A stretch of DNA of 64,000 bases from Lachnospiraceae bacterium (GTDB lineage Bacteria; Bacillota; Clostridia; Lachnospirales; Lachnospiraceae). Positions 62,802 to 64,000 of this stretch are shown here, in pieces. The DNA is taken from assembly GCA_017543275.1 (NCBI GenBank), contig JAFYGJ010000014.1, positions 38,551 through 102,550 of the forward strand, in the 5' to 3' direction. The stretch's first letter is position 1; each line of letters opens with the position of its first letter. The notes beneath the pieces were generated by a model. It had not been told where the DNA came from, did no database searches, and saw nothing but the letters and a program-made list of their open reading frames with translations. The position numbers were made by a program, and so were the translations under genes.

Positions 62802-63995
62802 TTACTTTTTATAGTATTCGTGCACAAGCGAACGGTATCCGAGGGCTTTCAGGTCCTCATAACTTACCTCAAAGCGGGATTTTCGGTGGCTGCCCGAGAG
62901 AAGATACCGGATGCAGTCCTGCGCGTACTGATCGATGAGGTGCAGGCTTTCTGTTGTGTTGATCACCGAGAAAAACCAGCTGCTCCACGAGAGGTCGTTT
63001 CCTTCGGAACTCTCCAAAAGCTTACGGTTGAAAATACGGATAAATGCGGCGGCGGCCTTCCGGGGTTCGACGCCGTTTCGTTTGTGCCAGCGCGCAAGTC
63101 CGTCGCGTTTTCGTCGCATTTTCCCCTTCAGTTTCTTCAGCGTTGCCGGAGCGATATCGACGCGTTTTCCGACGATCGAAAAGCCGAGGAAGATGAAGCC
63201 CTGGTCCGGGGAAGAAAAGCATTCCTTATCCGGGTTCATTGTCAGACCGTAGCCGACGAGCGAAGCGCGGATTTCAGCCGCCCGCTCTCGACATACATCT
63301 TCGTTTTCCCCGAAAAGAATCATATCGTCCGAATAGCGGACATAGAGCACACCCTGTTCTGAAAAATGACGGTCCAGATCCCGCAGGTACAGGTTGGCAT
63401 AGAAGGCGGAGAGAGGCGTTCCGGCCATGATACCTTTATGAGAATCCAGAACAGGCTGTCCCTTTTCCAGAACCCGGGTCTCTGTGAGAAGTCCCGTAAG
63501 GAACGTACAGAGCGCCGGATCATCCGAAAGCACATCCCGAAGCATCGGGAGAAAACGGTCCACCGGGATTGAATTGAAGTAATCGTGGATATCTGCCTTA
63601 TAGGAATACAATGTGTGGAGATTCCGTATCCGAATCAGATGCCGGACTGCATCCTTTGCATTTCGGCCCGGACGGAAGGAATAGAGATTCTCCGAAAAAA
63701 GTCCGTCGTATTTCCGGAGAATCAGCCAGGTCAGAAGCTTCAGAACCGTGTTTTCCGGCTTCGGATAGATATAGACGGTCCGTTTCTTCTGAGATCCGAG
63801 TTTGCTGATGACAGCCCTTTTCGGAAGCGGGAAAGGCTCGCCGGCCTGAATTTTTCCTGCAGGCGCAAGATATCGCTTCTCCCGGACAAAGGCCGAAAGC
63901 TCCTCGGAAAAAGCGGTGTTTCCGACGAGCGATTGTTTGTATTCGAGAAAAGCTTCCCAGGTTTTCTGATCGGAAAGCCGTGAAAGCAGCGACAT
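62802..63995 (-). CDS. Stand-alone reverse transcriptase (397 aa, YSDD catalytic motif) with a helical thumb-like tail; the subfamily is unresolved
   Basis: RT motifs occur in order: SFRPGRNAKDA, ADIHDYFNSIP, GIMAGTPLSAFYANLYL, VRYSDDMILFG (YSDD at 63324-63335), LTMNPDKE and FIFLGFSI. The ATG at 63995 is only 5 nt from the window edge, so the start and upstream elements cannot be verified. Confidence 0.85.
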   Translation of the reverse strand: MSLLSRLSDQKTWEAFLEYKQSLVGNTAFSEELSAFVREKRYLAPAGKIQAGEPFPLPKRAVISKLGSQKKRTVYIYPKPENTVLKLLTWLILRKYDGLFSENLYSFRPGRNAKDAVRHLIRIRNLHTLYSYKADIHDYFNSIPVDRFLPMLRDVLSDDPALCTFLTGLLTETRVLEKGQPVLDSHKGIMAGTPLSAFYANLYLRDLDRHFSEQGVLYVRYSDDMILFGENEDVCRERAAEIRASLVGYGLTMNPDKECFSSPDQGFIFLGFSIVGKRVDIAPATLKKLKGKMRRKRDGLARWHKRNGVEPRKAAAAFIRIFNRKLLESSEGNDLSWSSWFFSVINTTESLHLIDQYAQDCIRYLLSGSHRKSRFEVSYEDLKALGYRSLVHEYYKK

Positions 63996-64000
63996 CTTGC

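Noticed and set aside
62802-63995. The RT considered as part of a group II intron, a retron or a DGR.
   Set aside because: There is no intron RNA or endonuclease domain, and only 21 nt lie downstream. No VTG-type retron motif and no SQ DGR motif is present. No TR/VR-like duplicated segment was noticed in the window. These options cannot be fully excluded because the region upstream of the RT lies outside the window.

Overview
The window looks like ordinary chromosome from a Gram-positive, Clostridia-like anaerobe. Signs of this, judged by eye rather than computed, are GGAGG-type RBSs, lipobox signal peptides and GC-rich third codon positions. It is densely coding, mostly on the + strand, with many ATGA/TAATG start-stop overlaps. 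I saw no rRNA, tRNA, CRISPR array, transposase or integrase. Content from left to right: (1) the 3' end of an ECF-type sigma factor gene, a polytopic membrane protein and a PrsW-like intramembrane protease; after a terminator come a small membrane protein and a 1659-aa secreted protein with six clean 98-aa tandem repeats. (2) A heterodimeric ABC exporter pair preceded by a promoter, a 13-codon leader ORF and an intrinsic terminator, which looks like an attenuator. (3) A lipoprotein, an OmpR-type response regulator, an intramembrane-type histidine kinase and a MacB/FtsX-type ABC pair, with long imperfect palindromes after both the kinase and the permease. (4) A small polysaccharide cluster (DUF4422, GT2, Wzx). 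(5) Housekeeping and miscellaneous genes: stomatin-like SPFH, GH5, PfkB kinase, XRE-HTH, PI-PLC-X protein, M42 peptidase, flotillin, SufC/SufD-like pair, pyk and ppa. (6) A large carbohydrate-utilisation locus: a YesM/YesN-type two-component system, an SBP with two permeases, an esterase, DUF1593 and an MBL hydrolase. It continues with LacI, a FucI-like isomerase, a split transketolase, an FGGY kinase, an FMN dehydrogenase-like protein, a carboxylesterase, a GH35-like protein, GH5, GH30 and GH3-PA14. (7) At the right edge, a protein with a YpsA-like SLOG N-domain and two 2TM hairpins lies tail-to-tail with a stand-alone reverse transcriptase (YSDD). This pair is the best candidate for a defence-type system, but the region upstream of the RT lies outside the window. 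All family assignments come from motif recognition by eye; no database search was run.
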